DNA of 64,000 nucleotides from an uncultured Acidimicrobiaceae bacterium (GTDB taxonomy: Bacteria > Actinomycetota > Acidimicrobiia > Acidimicrobiales > RAAP-2), in NCBI GenBank assembly GCA_963828385.1, contig CAWHEF010000002.1, positions 2,687,198-2,751,197 on the forward strand. Reading direction: 5' to 3'. The stretch's first letter is position 1; every line of letters starts with the position of its first letter. Under the pieces are notes generated by a model. It searched no databases. It had not been told where the DNA came from and worked only from the letters and a program-made list of their open reading frames with translations. The position numbers and the translations under genes are program-made. Positions 1 to 9,433 of the stretch are shown here, piece by piece.

Positions 1-40
1 ATGAACTAACTGCACTCTGTTATACTCAGGGCATGTCCGG

Positions 41-709
41 TTGTCAAGGCGTCACCGCGGGGATCCGATGACCAAGTCCGACCAGGGCAGGGTCGCCCAG
101 CGCCGACGGACCCGGAAAGCCATCGTCGACGCCGCCATCCAGCTGCTCGCCGACGGACACACCCCGTCCATCGACGAGATCGCTGCGGCCGCCGACGTCT
201 CACGACGGACCGTGTACGTGTACTTCCCCACCATCGACCAGCTTCTCATCGACGCCATCGCCGGCGCCCTGAGCAGCGCAGGCGTTGACGCCGCCCTTGA
301 CCCCGCCGCGTACGGCGACGACGTGCACGCCCGCGTCGATGCGCTGGTCCGAACGCTCCAGGAGCTGTCGCCCGTCGCTCTCCCGCTCGGCCGGCGACTC
401 ATCCGCCTCACTGTCGACGCCCCCCAGGTGGATTTGCCCGACGGCGTGCCGCGACGCGGATACCGTCGCATCGAGTGGATCGAGCATGCCATCGAACCCC
501 TCCGCCCCAGACTGACGGCGGAACAATTCGAGCGGCTGGTCTCCGCCCTGGCCACCGTCATCGGCTGGGAGGCCATGATCGTCCTGCGCGACCTGCGCGG
601 TCTCGACCCCGTCCAGGAGGAAGAGACCACCACCTGGGCCGCCCGCGCCCTTCTCGACGCCATGCTCGTCGAAGCCGACCTCGCCGAGCGTCCTAGCCGG
701 GAGCGGTAA
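41..709 (+). CDS. TetR/AcrR-family transcriptional regulator
   Basis: ORF 41-709. The N-terminal HTH block RRRTRKAIVDAAIQLLADGHTPSIDEIAAAADVSRRTVYVYFPTIDQLL is the classic TetR signature. Alternative ATG at 68. Confidence 0.85.
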   Translation: MSRRHRGDPMTKSDQGRVAQRRRTRKAIVDAAIQLLADGHTPSIDEIAAAADVSRRTVYVYFPTIDQLLIDAIAGALSSAGVDAALDPAAYGDDVHARVDALVRTLQELSPVALPLGRRLIRLTVDAPQVDLPDGVPRRGYRRIEWIEHAIEPLRPRLTAEQFERLVSALATVIGWEAMIVLRDLRGLDPVQEEETTTWAARALLDAMLVEADLAERPSRER

Positions 710-1098
710 GGAGCGGGGTGCCTTCCTGGTCGCGATCAGCGTAGGGGGAGGGTCGGTCGGGTGGTGGGTAACCTGCGGCCGGGCACCCTCTAGACCACTG
801 ATCGCCAACCGCGTGCGCGCCCCGCTGCGCAGGCGACAGCGTGCGCGAAGTTGAGTCGGCGGGAGAATGCGAAAAACGCGCCGACCAAGTGTTTCAACGA
901 TAACGGGGGCCCGATGTAGGCGTTAGCGACGACCGAATCGATCGTCGTCCCCAGTCGAAAGTGTTCTCGAGTTGGAGAGAGGACCAGCCCACGCATGGCC
1001 ATACGGTGGCAGGACCGCTTATCCCTCCTCACCGCACGGCTGCCCCGTTTGGCGCAGGTAGCGACCCCGGCCGCAGCTCAGGCGCCGTCCCCGGAACG

Positions 1099-2185
1099 TC
1101 AAACTACGAGGAGCTGGGCGACCATCTCCCGGCGGCTGTTGACACCGAGCTTGGCGAAGATGGCCTTGAGATGGTCCTGCACCGTATGAGGGGAGAGGTG
1201 CAGCGACACGGCGATGGCCCGGGTGCTCGCTCCCTGCAGGACGAGCACCGCGACGTCTTCCTCCCGGACCGTGAGACCCCGGGCGGCGAGGGCCACACGG
1301 CTGATATCTATGCCGGTTGCGGGCTCGATGCTGACCACGACCTCGCCCATGCCCTCCGGATCGTCGAGGCGGACCGAGCGCAGGTGCAGCCATCGGCCTG
1401 AACGACCCTGGACCTTGGTCGCGTACCCGTCCTGGTCGTGACGGGCCGCAGCGGCGACGGCGAGGATGCTGGTGGGCAGCGATCCGTGCTCCACCCTCCA
1501 AGGTCCTCGAGGGCTACCCGCGCAGCAGGGCTCAGGCGCGGGATGCTGTCGTGCGAGTCGATGACCACGATGGCGTGACCAGCCGGATTAGGCGAGGGCA
1601 TCTCGATGACCGCCGGTGAGTCCCGCTCACGTTGGTATCCGAAGAGGTTCTCCTGGATGGCAGAGGCGACGATCCCTCCGGCGCCGGCCAGATCGCGACC
1701 TTCGGTCGGGGTAAAGCGCGGGTCGCCGTCGCCGCGATAGATCGCCAGGGCACCCCACGTAGCGGCCCGGCTGTTAAACGTCACCCGCAGCTCATCGGTG
1801 AAACAGAACCGGGGGAAGAGGAAGTCACGGTACCGCCGGCACCGCTCCGGCTGGCCGGCGGTATCGACTGACAGGATGCCGACAGGAGGCTCGCGTTCCC
1901 CGCGATCTCGGCGAACCTGTTGATATCCGGGGCTCCGTACTCGAGCGCGGCGAACTCCTCGTCCCCGACGCCGAGCGACCGGGTCTTGTAGGTCCGGCCG
2001 ATCAGGCCGCTGGCTGGATCCAGAGTGGCGAAGCAGCCGAAGACGAACGGCACCCGCTCGGCCATGACGGTGCAGACCGCCTCGGCCAGGGACTCCAGCT
2101 CCTGGCCACGCCCAGCCGCCCGGACGATCGCTCTTCGCGACCCGATCGACCAGGTGCTGCCGGCTCGACGTCCCCACCAGGTCAA
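1099..2185 (-). pseudogene. LuxR-family regulator (sensor-like N-domain plus C-terminal HTH) split over three reading frames
   Basis: HTH LTVREEDVAVLVLQGASTRAIAVSLHLSPHTVQDHLKAIFAKLGV lies in the frame of ORF 1099-1494. The middle part (VGILSVDTAGQ...WGALAIYRGDGDPRFT...VVIDSHDSIPRLSPAARVALEDL) lies in the frame of ORF 1308-3089. The N-part (ELESLAEAVCTVMAERVPFVFGCFATLDPASGL...INRFAEIAG) lies in the frame of ORF 1781-2335. Frame changes are near 1495 and near 1900 (C4 run). The N-terminal limit is unresolved. Confidence 0.6.
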
Positions 2186-2282
2186 TGTTGTCCCGCTGGT
2201 GCTCCGCGGGCAACCGCGGCGCCGGAAAAACCCCACATTCCTGGGATGGTGCGAGACACCGCTGTAGGTCACTCTGGTCGAC

Positions 2283-2948
2283 ATGAGCGAACCACCCCTC
2301 GTCGATGTCCGGGACATGATTGTGGTCCACAACACGCTGCTCCGCGAGTTCCGCCTGGCCCCCGACGCAGTCAGTCGGGTTCCCGCCGGCGACCGTCGGA
2401 AGGCGGCAGCCGTTGACCGGCACCTGGAGCTGATCTGCGAGGTCCTGCACCACCATCACGCCGGAGAAGAGACGCTGCTGTGGCCACCGCTGCGATCCCG
2501 CATACCCGAGAGCGCCACCCCTCTGGTCGATGCCGCCGAAGCAGAGCACTCGGGCATCGAAGAAGCGCTCGATGATGTCGTGTCCGATCGCCCGGACTGG
2601 GTACGGCAGCCCGACGCCGATCGGTCGCGGCGGCTGGCCGGGGCACTGCGGGCCCTGCACGAGCGGTTGGTCCGGCATCTCGACGCCGAGGAGCGCACTA
2701 TCCTCCCCCTCGCCGCCGCGTATCTGACCGATCCCGAGTGGGGTGCCATCGGCGAGGCCGGCGCAGCAGCCATACCCAAACCGGCCATGCCGCTGGTGTT
2801 CGGCATGTTCGCCTACGAGGGTGATCCCGAGGTCGTCTCGGGCATGCTCCTCAACGCCCCTACCCTGCCCCGCGTCGTCATACCGCGTATAGCTCCCCGG
2901 GCCTACGCCCGCCGAGCCACGCGGATATACGGCACGAGCCGACCCTGA
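2283..2948 (+). CDS. Hemerythrin (HHE cation-binding) domain protein
   Basis: ORF 2283-2948. Repeated His/Glu helices (HLELICEVLHHHHAGEETLLWP, AEAEHSGIEEAL, LHERLVRHLDAEERTILP) are typical of hemerythrin-like domains. Divergent from the LuxR gene. Confidence 0.75.
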   Translation: MSEPPLVDVRDMIVVHNTLLREFRLAPDAVSRVPAGDRRKAAAVDRHLELICEVLHHHHAGEETLLWPPLRSRIPESATPLVDAAEAEHSGIEEALDDVVSDRPDWVRQPDADRSRRLAGALRALHERLVRHLDAEERTILPLAAAYLTDPEWGAIGEAGAAAIPKPAMPLVFGMFAYEGDPEVVSGMLLNAPTLPRVVIPRIAPRAYARRATRIYGTSRP

Positions 2949-2958
2949 CCCGAGCAGG

Positions 2959-3437
2959 GCGCCCCCAGGAGGACTCGAAGTCGAACTGGACCGCCCCTTC
3001 GCCTCCAGCGCGGTCCGCAACCACCTCGTCACCGAGGGCAACGAGTCGTCCAGTGCGCCGCTCGGCTTGGACTTTCTCAAGGGCAGCACGCTTCCGGCCC
3101 CGTGGTCGGGCGGGGCGGTGGTCGCCGTCCACGGCTCCTGGGATCGTCAGCCGCCGCAGTCGCCCGCCGTGCTGTGGATGGCCTGGAACGCCACGGCCAA
3201 GACGCTCGAGCCGGCAATCACCCTCGTGACAGGCTTCCAAGAGGCGGACGGCAGCCGGTGGGTCGTCCCGCCGACGCGGTGCCCGGTCCCGACGGCGCCC
3301 TCTACGTCAGCGACGACACCGCCGGGGCCATTACGGCCTCGCTACCCCGAAGGATTGAGCGGAGCCCTGCTGGCAAACGACAGAACATGTATGGCGGCGG
3401 TGTACAGCTCAGCGGTGTCGAACGTTCTCGGCGCTGA
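2959..3437 (+). pseudogene. C-terminal remnant of a PQQ-dependent sugar (glucose/sorbosone) dehydrogenase-like gene
   Basis: No N-terminal part is present. LGLDFLKGSTLPAPWSGGAVVAVHGSWDRQPPQ...VTGFQEADGSRW lies in one frame and continues as GRPADAVPGPDGALYVSDDTAGAI in another. There are at least two frame breaks (near 3262 and 3328). Confidence 0.45.
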
Positions 3438-3547
3438 CCTGGTCATCCTCGGCCGCGTGGCGAGCAGGAGATGAGGCGATCGCCTCGATCACCTCTGCCG
3501 CGCGTGGCAGCGCTCCCTCGCAAGTCGACCACTGGTCCATTGGTGTT

Positions 3548-4002
3548 CTATCCGCCCAGTTCCGAACGGACCTTGGCCGCGAGGTGGTTCAACGCCGAGC
3601 GCAGAGCAGTGAGGTCGGAATCCGAGAGCTGATGAAGCAGCTTCGCGTGGCTGGTGCCGCGAGGTCGGTGATGGTGGCGAGGGACCTCTTCCCCTTTTCG
3701 GTTAGGCGAAGGAAGGGCGAGCGACGGTGTCTCGGGTTCTCGACGAATGCAGCGAGTCCGTCGTCGACAAGCTCGTTGGCGATGCGCTGGACCGCTTGGC
3801 GACTCGTCCCGAGTCGGTCGGCCGCCATCGGGACAGTCCAATCGCCAACGGAGACGACGCTTAGTACCTGCCAACGTGCCTGGGTCTGGCCCGCCGACGA
3901 GGCGATTCGTTCCCCATAGCGGCGGAGGACGCCTGCCGCGTCGAAGAAATCGGCAACGAGGAGCGCGAACCCGTCGCTCCCACCCATAGATACATCACCC
4001 AT
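3548..4002 (-). CDS. MarR-family transcriptional regulator (one frame break near 3665)
   Basis: ATG at 4002 is preceded by AGAGGAGGAGAGG. The wHTH region is QTQARWQVLSVVSVGDWTVPMAADRLGTSRQAVQRIANELVDDGLAAFVENPRHRRSPFLRLTEKGK. The natural C-terminus SHAKLLHQLSDSDLTALRSALNHLAAKV lies in the frame of ORF 3548-3874. Confidence 0.7.
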
Positions 4003-4017
4003 CGCCTCTCCTCCTCT

Positions 4018-4060
4018 TGACAACCTATTGTCAGCTTACTACCCTGACAACATGTTGTCA
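4018..4060. promoter_or_regulatory. Two 16-bp palindromes TGACAA-N4-TTGTCA, putative MarR operators in a divergent promoter region
   Basis: TGACAAcctaTTGTCA at 4018-4033 and TGACAAcatgTTGTCA at 4045-4060, 27 bp centre to centre. They lie between the marR start (4002, minus) and the hemerythrin-like gene start (4081, plus). Confidence 0.6.
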
Positions 4061-4080
4061 CTCAATCAGGAGGAAGCGCA

Positions 4081-4704
4081 ATGAACCGTCCCGACGTCTA
4101 CACGGCCGTCCACAAGATGCAGCGAGCCCGCCTATTCGGACTCGTCGTCGAGGCCGGGAAGGCTGACCCGTCCGACACAGCGAACACGGCTCGACTTGCC
4201 GGCGCTGTCGATCGCTTGGCTGACGAGTTGTCCTCCCACGCAGAGCATGAGGAGCGCTTCATCCATCCGCTGCTCCACGAGAAGGCTCCAGCGATCGCAG
4301 CCAGGCTAGAGGCGGACCACGTGGAGCTCGATCTGACGCTGGAGCTTCTCCGCCGGCTCTCCGACTCGTGCACGGACGACCCGGGAAATCCCAATGAGCT
4401 GTACCGGGCGCTCGCGAGCTTCACCGGGGTGTACCTCGGCCACCTCGCAGTCGAGGAGGGTGAGGCGCTCCCCGCACTCTGGCACGAGTGTTCCGATGAG
4501 GAGCTGCTGGGGATTCTGGTTTCGTTCAAGGGTTCTCGATCTGACGTGGAGAACCTGACCGGACTGCTCGCGCAGTTGCCCACGCTCAATCCAGCCGAAA
4601 TGGCGCGGATGGTCGCGGTCGGGCTTGGTCCCGTCCCGGCCGCCGAATCTCGCCGACGTGTTTGCAACGCTGTTGAACCCCACGCAGTTCGGCGCCCTTC
4701 GTGA
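4081..4704 (+). CDS. Hemerythrin-like domain protein
   Basis: ORF 4081-4704 preceded by AGGAGGAAG. His/Glu motifs HAEHEERFIHPLL, EADHVELD and LGHLAVEEGEALPALW. The last ~25 codons may be frame-shifted near 4630, because the alternative frame gives ADVFATLLNPTQFGALREGQLV with a stop at 4720. Confidence 0.6.
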   Translation: MNRPDVYTAVHKMQRARLFGLVVEAGKADPSDTANTARLAGAVDRLADELSSHAEHEERFIHPLLHEKAPAIAARLEADHVELDLTLELLRRLSDSCTDDPGNPNELYRALASFTGVYLGHLAVEEGEALPALWHECSDEELLGILVSFKGSRSDVENLTGLLAQLPTLNPAEMARMVAVGLGPVPAAESRRRVCNAVEPHAVRRPS

Positions 4705-4884
4705 GGGTCAGCTCGTCTGAGCGAGCAAGACCTCTCGACATGAACGAGGACCGATCGGACGGCACTGTCGACCGGACAGTTGAAAGAAAATCCTGCCGCT
4801 CTCCGGTGCTCTGTGCCCGTCCTGAGCAATCCCTCCGACGAGATCGCAACCCAAGTACTAACGAACCGAAGAAAGGAACAGAGC

Positions 4885-5486
4885 ATGACTGACCTCATCT
4901 GGAGCTTTTCCCCTTGGCTGGTGTTCCTGCTGGCCTCTCGTTTCACCACGTTCTCCGGCGCGGTGGCGCTTGGTTTTGTCGCCGCCGTCGTGGTGCTCGT
5001 CCGGGCGGCCATGAACGCCGGGCCCACATGCTCGACGTGGCCAGCGTGTGCTACTTCCTGGCTCTCGCCGTGGCGCTGGCCATGACCCACCCAGCGCACA
5101 TCGAGAGGTGGTCTCGGCATGCCCAGCTCGGGTCCCACCTGGTCCTGACCTTGCTGATCTTCGGCTCGATCCTGGTCGGGCGGCCGTTCACCGAGTCCTA
5201 CGCCAGGAGGACCATGCCACCAGAGATGTGGCACACTCGGGGCTTCCGGGAGGTCAACCGGCGCATCTCGGTCGCGTGGGGCTTTGGCTTCGTGGTCGGC
5301 GACATCTCGCTCGCCCTCGCCGGCTCTGTGAGCGCCCGCGAGGCCCTTCTGCGAGTGGTCGTGCCCTTCGGTGCTCTCTACCTCGCCTACCGTTACACCG
5401 CCCGCCAGCAGGCCCAGGTCGACGCCGCCCCTCCGGCCTCAGCGCCCCGTCCTGCAGTTCCTTCGCGGAGAGAGGGCCGGTGGTAG
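4885..5486 (+). CDS. Integral membrane protein of unknown function (one frame break near 5020)
   Basis: ATG at 4885 follows GAAAGGAAC. MTDLIWSFSPWLVFLLASRFTTFSGAVALGFVAAVVVLVRAAM continues in the frame of ORF 4914-5486 (HMLDVASVCYFLALAVALAM...LVLTLLIFGSILVGRPF...). Several hydrophobic helices. Confidence 0.55.
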
Positions 5487-5811
5487 GGGCCGCGGCGAAG
5501 AGAAGGCTCGGCGGCTGGGGATGGCGGGGATTTCGAGGGCGGAGGGTCGGACCGGCTGACCAGTTGATGGTGCTGGTTCGGCCCTTCGCCTTGGCGGGCA
5601 CGTCTCAGCAGCGTCTTTGTGCAGGGACGAGGTGCTGGCAGCGCCTTTTGGCGCTCACAGAACGGAGTGGCCGACAGATGTTCACTATCCGCGAGGTCAT
5701 CGGGAAATGTCGGCTCGAGGCACCTCGTACGCCGAGCCGACGGCACCCAAGACGTTGCAGCGGATGAAGGCTACGCCCTAGAAGCCAGCAGTGATCAGCC
5801 CGAGCAGTCGT

Positions 5812-6450
5812 TGTCGCTACCGGTTGAAGAGTGACCGCCTCGGCCGAAAATTGACCCCCTCCCTGCTGGATCACGAACCCTGGCCGCACCGCCGGCCGGG
5901 GAGCGAGGGCATAATCAACGTGGACGACTGGGCCGAGGTCCGTCGGCTGTACTTTGCCGTGGGCCTGGGCATCAAGACCATTGCCCGCCAGTTGGGCGTG
6001 GCCCGCAACACGGTACGAACCACGGTGCGGTCGAGCGATCCGCCGCATTTCGAGCGCCAACGGCGGCCGTTGCTGGTCGACCCCTTCGAGCCGGTGATCT
6101 CCGCGCTGTTGATGGATTGCCCGACCATGCCGGCGACGGTCGTCGCCGAACGGATCGAGTGGCCACACGGCATCACCATCTTGCGCGACCGGGTGGCTGA
6201 GCTGCGGCCGCTGTTCGGACCGCCCGATCCCGCCCAGCGCACCGCCTACCGGCCGGGCGAGGTGCTCCCGTTCGACCTGGCAGCCCGAGATACCCAACCC
6301 GGTCGGCTTCGATCAGGAGGCGAAGCTCTGGGGTGACCGCGGTGAGCGGCTTCTCGCGGTTCATTGGCGGTCTGGATGGTACCCAGCATTCATGGCGGCC
6401 TGGACGGTGCCCAGCCGGGTCGGCCACGACGTCTTGGCCGGTAGGAGTCA
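5812..6450 (+). mobile_element. IS21-family insertion sequence remnant (left end plus 5' part of istA only)
   Basis: The putative left end starts with TG at 5812 (TGTCGCTACCGGTTGAAGAGTGACCGCC...ATTGACCCC, with repeated TGACC units as in IS21-type multipartite ends). No istB and no right end are present. Confidence 0.55.
5911..6440 (+). pseudogene. istA: IS21-family transposase IstA, N-terminal fragment with several frame breaks
   Basis: INVDDWAEVRRLYFAVGLGIKTIARQLGVARNTVRTTVRSSDPPHFERQRRPLLVDPFEPVISALL...ATVVAERIEWPHGITILRDRVAELRPLF...RTAYRPGEV is typical of IstA. ATA at 5911 sits where an ATG is expected. Downstream pieces (WQPEIPNPVGFDQEAKLW, VTAVSGFSRFIGG, VPSRVGHDVLAG) lie in other frames. 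Confidence 0.65.
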
Positions 6451-6537
6451 CCATACGCCCACCGATGCAACAACCCACTTGACCCACAACCACTCCCTTT
6501 TGTCGCCGCTGAAGCCGCGCCGCCGTCGAGGCGCGTT

Positions 6538-6684
6538 GAGTAGGGCAGGTGCATAGGCATGCCCTGTGCATGCCTATGCACGACGTCGTACCAGCGGACC
6601 TGGAGGCGCGAAAGTTGCAGCATGACACGCTGCTCATGCGCTGGCGCCCTGCATAGTCTGCATAGGCAGCCGGTGAGCAGGGCC
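6538..6684. repeat. Copy 1 of a ~146-bp intergenic repeat built from TGCATAGG(G)CA units
   Basis: GAGTAGGGCAGG is followed by a hairpin GTGCATAGGCATGC-cctgt-GCATGCCTATGCAC (6549-6581), then CTGCATAGTCTGCATAGGCA (6649-6668) and GCCGGTGAGCAGGGCC. Same architecture as 12928-13073. Confidence 0.75.
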
Positions 6685-6778
6685 CCCCAAACTCGCCCCA
6701 CAAACGGGCTCCCGCCAACCTAAAACTGCTGGTCAGCGGCTTGTGCATTGGCAAGGAGGCGCGGAAAATCACGCTTGA

Positions 6779-6855
6779 TGGTGGCGGGGGTTCACAACCA
6801 TCGTGCACCTTCGGGCCTCAAACCCGACATTACTGCTGGTCACGGGACTTGCACT
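6779..6855 (-). pseudogene. Degenerate tRNA-like relic related to the tRNA-fMet at 14645-14721
   Basis: Plus strand TGGTGGCGGGGG-16nt-ACCTTCGGG-7nt-CCCGAC matches the tRNA gene TGGTGGCGGGGG-17nt-ACCTTCGGG-7nt-CCCGAC (acceptor 3' strand and both anticodon-stem halves). The T-arm and D-arm are not foldable and the loop reads TTTGAGG. Confidence 0.4.
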
Positions 6856-6974
6856 ATGCAGCCGCCCAGGCGCTGCACTACTCAATGTCGGCGCTTTGGC
6901 GGAGAAGTCCCGAGAAACTCCGTCCAGGCGCCGACGTGCCAAGACCTTCGGATTCATGACCCGACGCTGCCCGT

Positions 6975-7172
6975 CTACGCCAAGCCCCGCCTCATGGTGC
7001 GTTTGGCGTAGGAGCGGTGGTCGTTGCCGCCGTCTGGTTTGGCGCTGTCGCCGTAGCCCCGCAAGTCGGGGAAGATGACGCTGAACTGCTCGGCCAAGTG
7101 GGGGGCAACGCGGTGCCACATCACATGTGTTTGGGGTTGTCCATAGAGCAGTAGCACCGGATCCGGAGTCAC
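6975..7172 (-). pseudogene. N-terminal fragment of an alpha/beta-hydrolase (haloacetate dehalogenase/epoxide hydrolase-like)
   Basis: [60 protein letters not shown] matches the N-terminal ~60 aa of this fold. The reading frame then ends, and no nucleophile elbow or C-terminal part is present. Confidence 0.6.
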
Positions 7173-7198
7173 GAAGTCGGTGGCCGTAGGCTGGCCCG

Positions 7199-7840
7199 GT
7201 GGCGCAGCGCGACTGGGTGGAATGGCACCGAGACTACGACGATCCAGGGTCCCTCCTCTCGCTCCGGGGGGAACGTGTGCAGGGGCACCTCCGCGCTGAA
7301 CTCGATCATGCCCCTGCCGGGGACATAAGGCTGATCAGCCTTTGTGCCGGCCAGGGCCGGGACGTGATCGGCGTCCTGGCCGGGCATCCGCGCCGGGACG
7401 ACGTGCGCGCTCGGCTGGTCGAGCTGGACGAACGCAACGTCGCGACGGCGCGGCAGGCGGCGCAGGTGGCTGGACTGGACGGCGTCGAGATGCTGCAGGC
7501 CGACGCCGGGATCACCGACGTCTGCGTGGGTGCAGTCCCCGCCGGGATCGTCGTGGTGTGCGGCCTCTTCGGCAACATTGTCGTCAGCGACATCCAGGCC
7601 ACGGTGGCGGCCTTGCCCAGCCTGTCCGCGTCCGGCGCGCTGGTCCTCTGGACCAGGCACCGCATGTCGCCTGATCTGACCCCAGCGATCCGGTCCTGGT
7701 TTATGGAAGCGGGCTTCCGCGAGGAGGCGTTCGACGTCAGCCACGACGGTTTCATGGCCCTAGGTGCGCACCGGCTCGCGGGCGAGCCCGCCGCTTTGGT
7801 GCCCGGCCAGCGGCTGTTCACCTTCGTGGCGGAAACCTGA
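7199..7840 (+). CDS. Class I SAM-dependent methyltransferase
   Basis: ORF 7199-7840. Rossmann-like motif I region [18 protein letters not shown], acidic loop LVELDERN, and [10 protein letters not shown]. Confidence 0.65.
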   Translation: MAQRDWVEWHRDYDDPGSLLSLRGERVQGHLRAELDHAPAGDIRLISLCAGQGRDVIGVLAGHPRRDDVRARLVELDERNVATARQAAQVAGLDGVEMLQADAGITDVCVGAVPAGIVVVCGLFGNIVVSDIQATVAALPSLSASGALVLWTRHRMSPDLTPAIRSWFMEAGFREEAFDVSHDGFMALGAHRLAGEPAALVPGQRLFTFVAET

Positions 7841-7963
7841 GCCCGGCAATTTCCGGTCATTGCTCGCCGTTGGCATTGTACGAACACCCTAAAATTGGAA
7901 AAAGACCAGGTCACGGTCACTCTCGACGGGGACACCGTCATTTTGGCTGCCGCCGTCAACGCC

Positions 7964-7986
7964 GTCAACGCAGGGCCCGCGTTGAC
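7964..7986. promoter_or_regulatory. 8-bp stem hairpin GTCAACGC-agggccc-GCGTTGAC overlapping a TTGACT -35-like hexamer
   Basis: GTCAACGC also occurs directly upstream (7955-7962). TTGACT lies at 7982-7987, followed about 19 nt later by TATTCT. The ATG of the GntR gene at 8019 would then be close to the transcript start (possibly leaderless). Confidence 0.3.
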
Positions 7987-8018
7987 TTGCGGCCCGCCCG
8001 TCGCTCTATTCTTGTCTT

Positions 8019-8525
8019 ATGCCAATAGGACAAGGGGAGAAGGATGCCGGAGGGCACGGCTCACCCGCTGGGGCCAACGCTCCGGTGTCTCCGATCGAGT
8101 TCCGCCTCGACCGTGCTTCTGGCGTGCCGACCTATCTGCAACTCGTCCACCAGGTCGAGCACGCGCTGCGACTCGGCTACCTCAAACCGGGCGACCAGCT
8201 GCCCAAGGTCAGGGACGTGGTCGCCTCGCTGGCCATCAACCCGAACACGGTGTCGAAGGCTTACCGCGAACTGGAAACCAAGGGTCTTATCGTGGGGCGT
8301 CCGGGCCAGGGCACGTTCATCTTGGCCACTCTCAGTCAGGTCATGCTCCCCGAGCTGACCGGGCTTCGACGTTCGCTGCGATCCTGGCTGACCAAGGCGG
8401 ACACGGCCGGGCTCGACGAGAGCGGCATTGCCGCACTCGTCGCAAGCGAGCTGCGGGATTTTTATGAGCGTCGCAGTGGGTCGTGCTCCAACGCGCCAAG
8501 CGGTGAAACGGAGGGGGTCGCATGA
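8019..8525 (+). CDS. GntR-family (YtrA-like) transcriptional regulator
   Basis: wHTH region IEFRLDRASGVPTYLQLVHQVEHALRLGYLKPGDQLPKVRDVVASLAINPNTVSKAYRELETKGLIVGRPGQGTF. Short C-terminal domain as in the YtrA subfamily. The stop overlaps the next gene's start. Confidence 0.85.
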   Translation: MPIGQGEKDAGGHGSPAGANAPVSPIEFRLDRASGVPTYLQLVHQVEHALRLGYLKPGDQLPKVRDVVASLAINPNTVSKAYRELETKGLIVGRPGQGTFILATLSQVMLPELTGLRRSLRSWLTKADTAGLDESGIAALVASELRDFYERRSGSCSNAPSGETEGVA

Positions 8526-9433
8526 ACGTCGTCGAGACCCGCGGCCTCTCAAAGTCGTACGGCGCCACGAAGGCGCTCCAGGATTGCACCTTGGCGATCC
8601 CCGAAGGCCACGTCGTGGCGCTGGTCGGACCCAACGGTGCCGGAAAGTCGACGCTGCTGAACCTCGCGGTCGGGCTGGCAACGCCGACGAGCGGTGAGCT
8701 GACCGTCCTCGGTGGCTACCACTCCGGCTCATTGCCAGCACTCGACGGCATCGCCTTCGTCGCCCAAGACACGCCGCTGTACAAGAACCTGTCGGCCGCC
8801 GACATGTTGCATCTCACCCGCAATCTCAACCGGCACTTCGACCAGGCCTACGCCGAGGTCCGGCTCGCCGAGCTTGGCATCTCGCAGAAGCGCAAGGCGG
8901 GCAAGCTTTCGGGCGGCCAGCAGGCCCAGCTCGCGTTGACATTGGCCCTGGCCCGCCGACCTCGCCTCCTCGTCCTCGATGAGCCGGTGGCAATGCTCGA
9001 CCCGATTGCCCGCCACGACTTCATGGCCACCGTGCTGACGGCGGCGGCCGACGACGGCGTGTCCGTGCTGTTGTCCTCGCACGTGCTCGCCGAACTCGAG
9101 CGGGTGGCCGACTACCTGATCATGATGTCCTTGGGCCGTATCCAGCTGGCCGGCGAGGTGGACGACCTGCTCGCGGGCCACCGGGTGTTGACCGGCCCGA
9201 CCGCCGAGGCCGGTCGATACGACGAACGGCCGGTTGTGCATGTTCGCGGCGGCGGTGCCCAGACTCACCTGCTGGTTCGCTCCACCACGGACGACCCGGT
9301 CCCGCCGGGTTGGGAGGCGCACCCAGTCGGCCTCGAGGAGCTCGCTCTGGCCTATTTGCGCGAACCCGGCCTCGCTTCTCTGCCTGGCCCGGTCCGCACC
9401 CGGGACGCCGACCCCTCGGAGGTGACGAGATGA
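8522..9433 (+). CDS. ABC transporter ATP-binding protein
   Basis: Walker A GPNGAGKST, signature LSGGQQAQL, Walker B LLVLDEP, H-loop SSH. ATGA overlaps with both neighbours. Confidence 0.9.
   Translation: MNVVETRGLSKSYGATKALQDCTLAIPEGHVVALVGPNGAGKSTLLNLAVGLATPTSGELTVLGGYHSGSLPALDGIAFVAQDTPLYKNLSAADMLHLTRNLNRHFDQAYAEVRLAELGISQKRKAGKLSGGQQAQLALTLALARRPRLLVLDEPVAMLDPIARHDFMATVLTAAADDGVSVLLSSHVLAELERVADYLIMMSLGRIQLAGEVDDLLAGHRVLTGPTAEAGRYDERPVVHVRGGGAQTHLLVRSTTDDPVPPGWEAHPVGLEELALAYLREPGLASLPGPVRTRDADPSEVTR

Noticed and set aside
1308-3089. 593-aa minus-strand ORF spanning the LuxR region and the whole hemerythrin gene
   Set aside because: Only its 1500-1900 portion carries recognisable LuxR sequence. 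The rest is antisense to a well-supported hemerythrin gene and is Arg/Gly/Pro-rich, as expected for out-of-frame translation of high-G+C DNA.
6173-6808. 211-aa minus-strand ORF across the IS21 relic and repeat copy 1
   Set aside because: No recognisable domain. It runs through palindromic repeat DNA and an IS fragment on the other strand, so it is most likely spurious.
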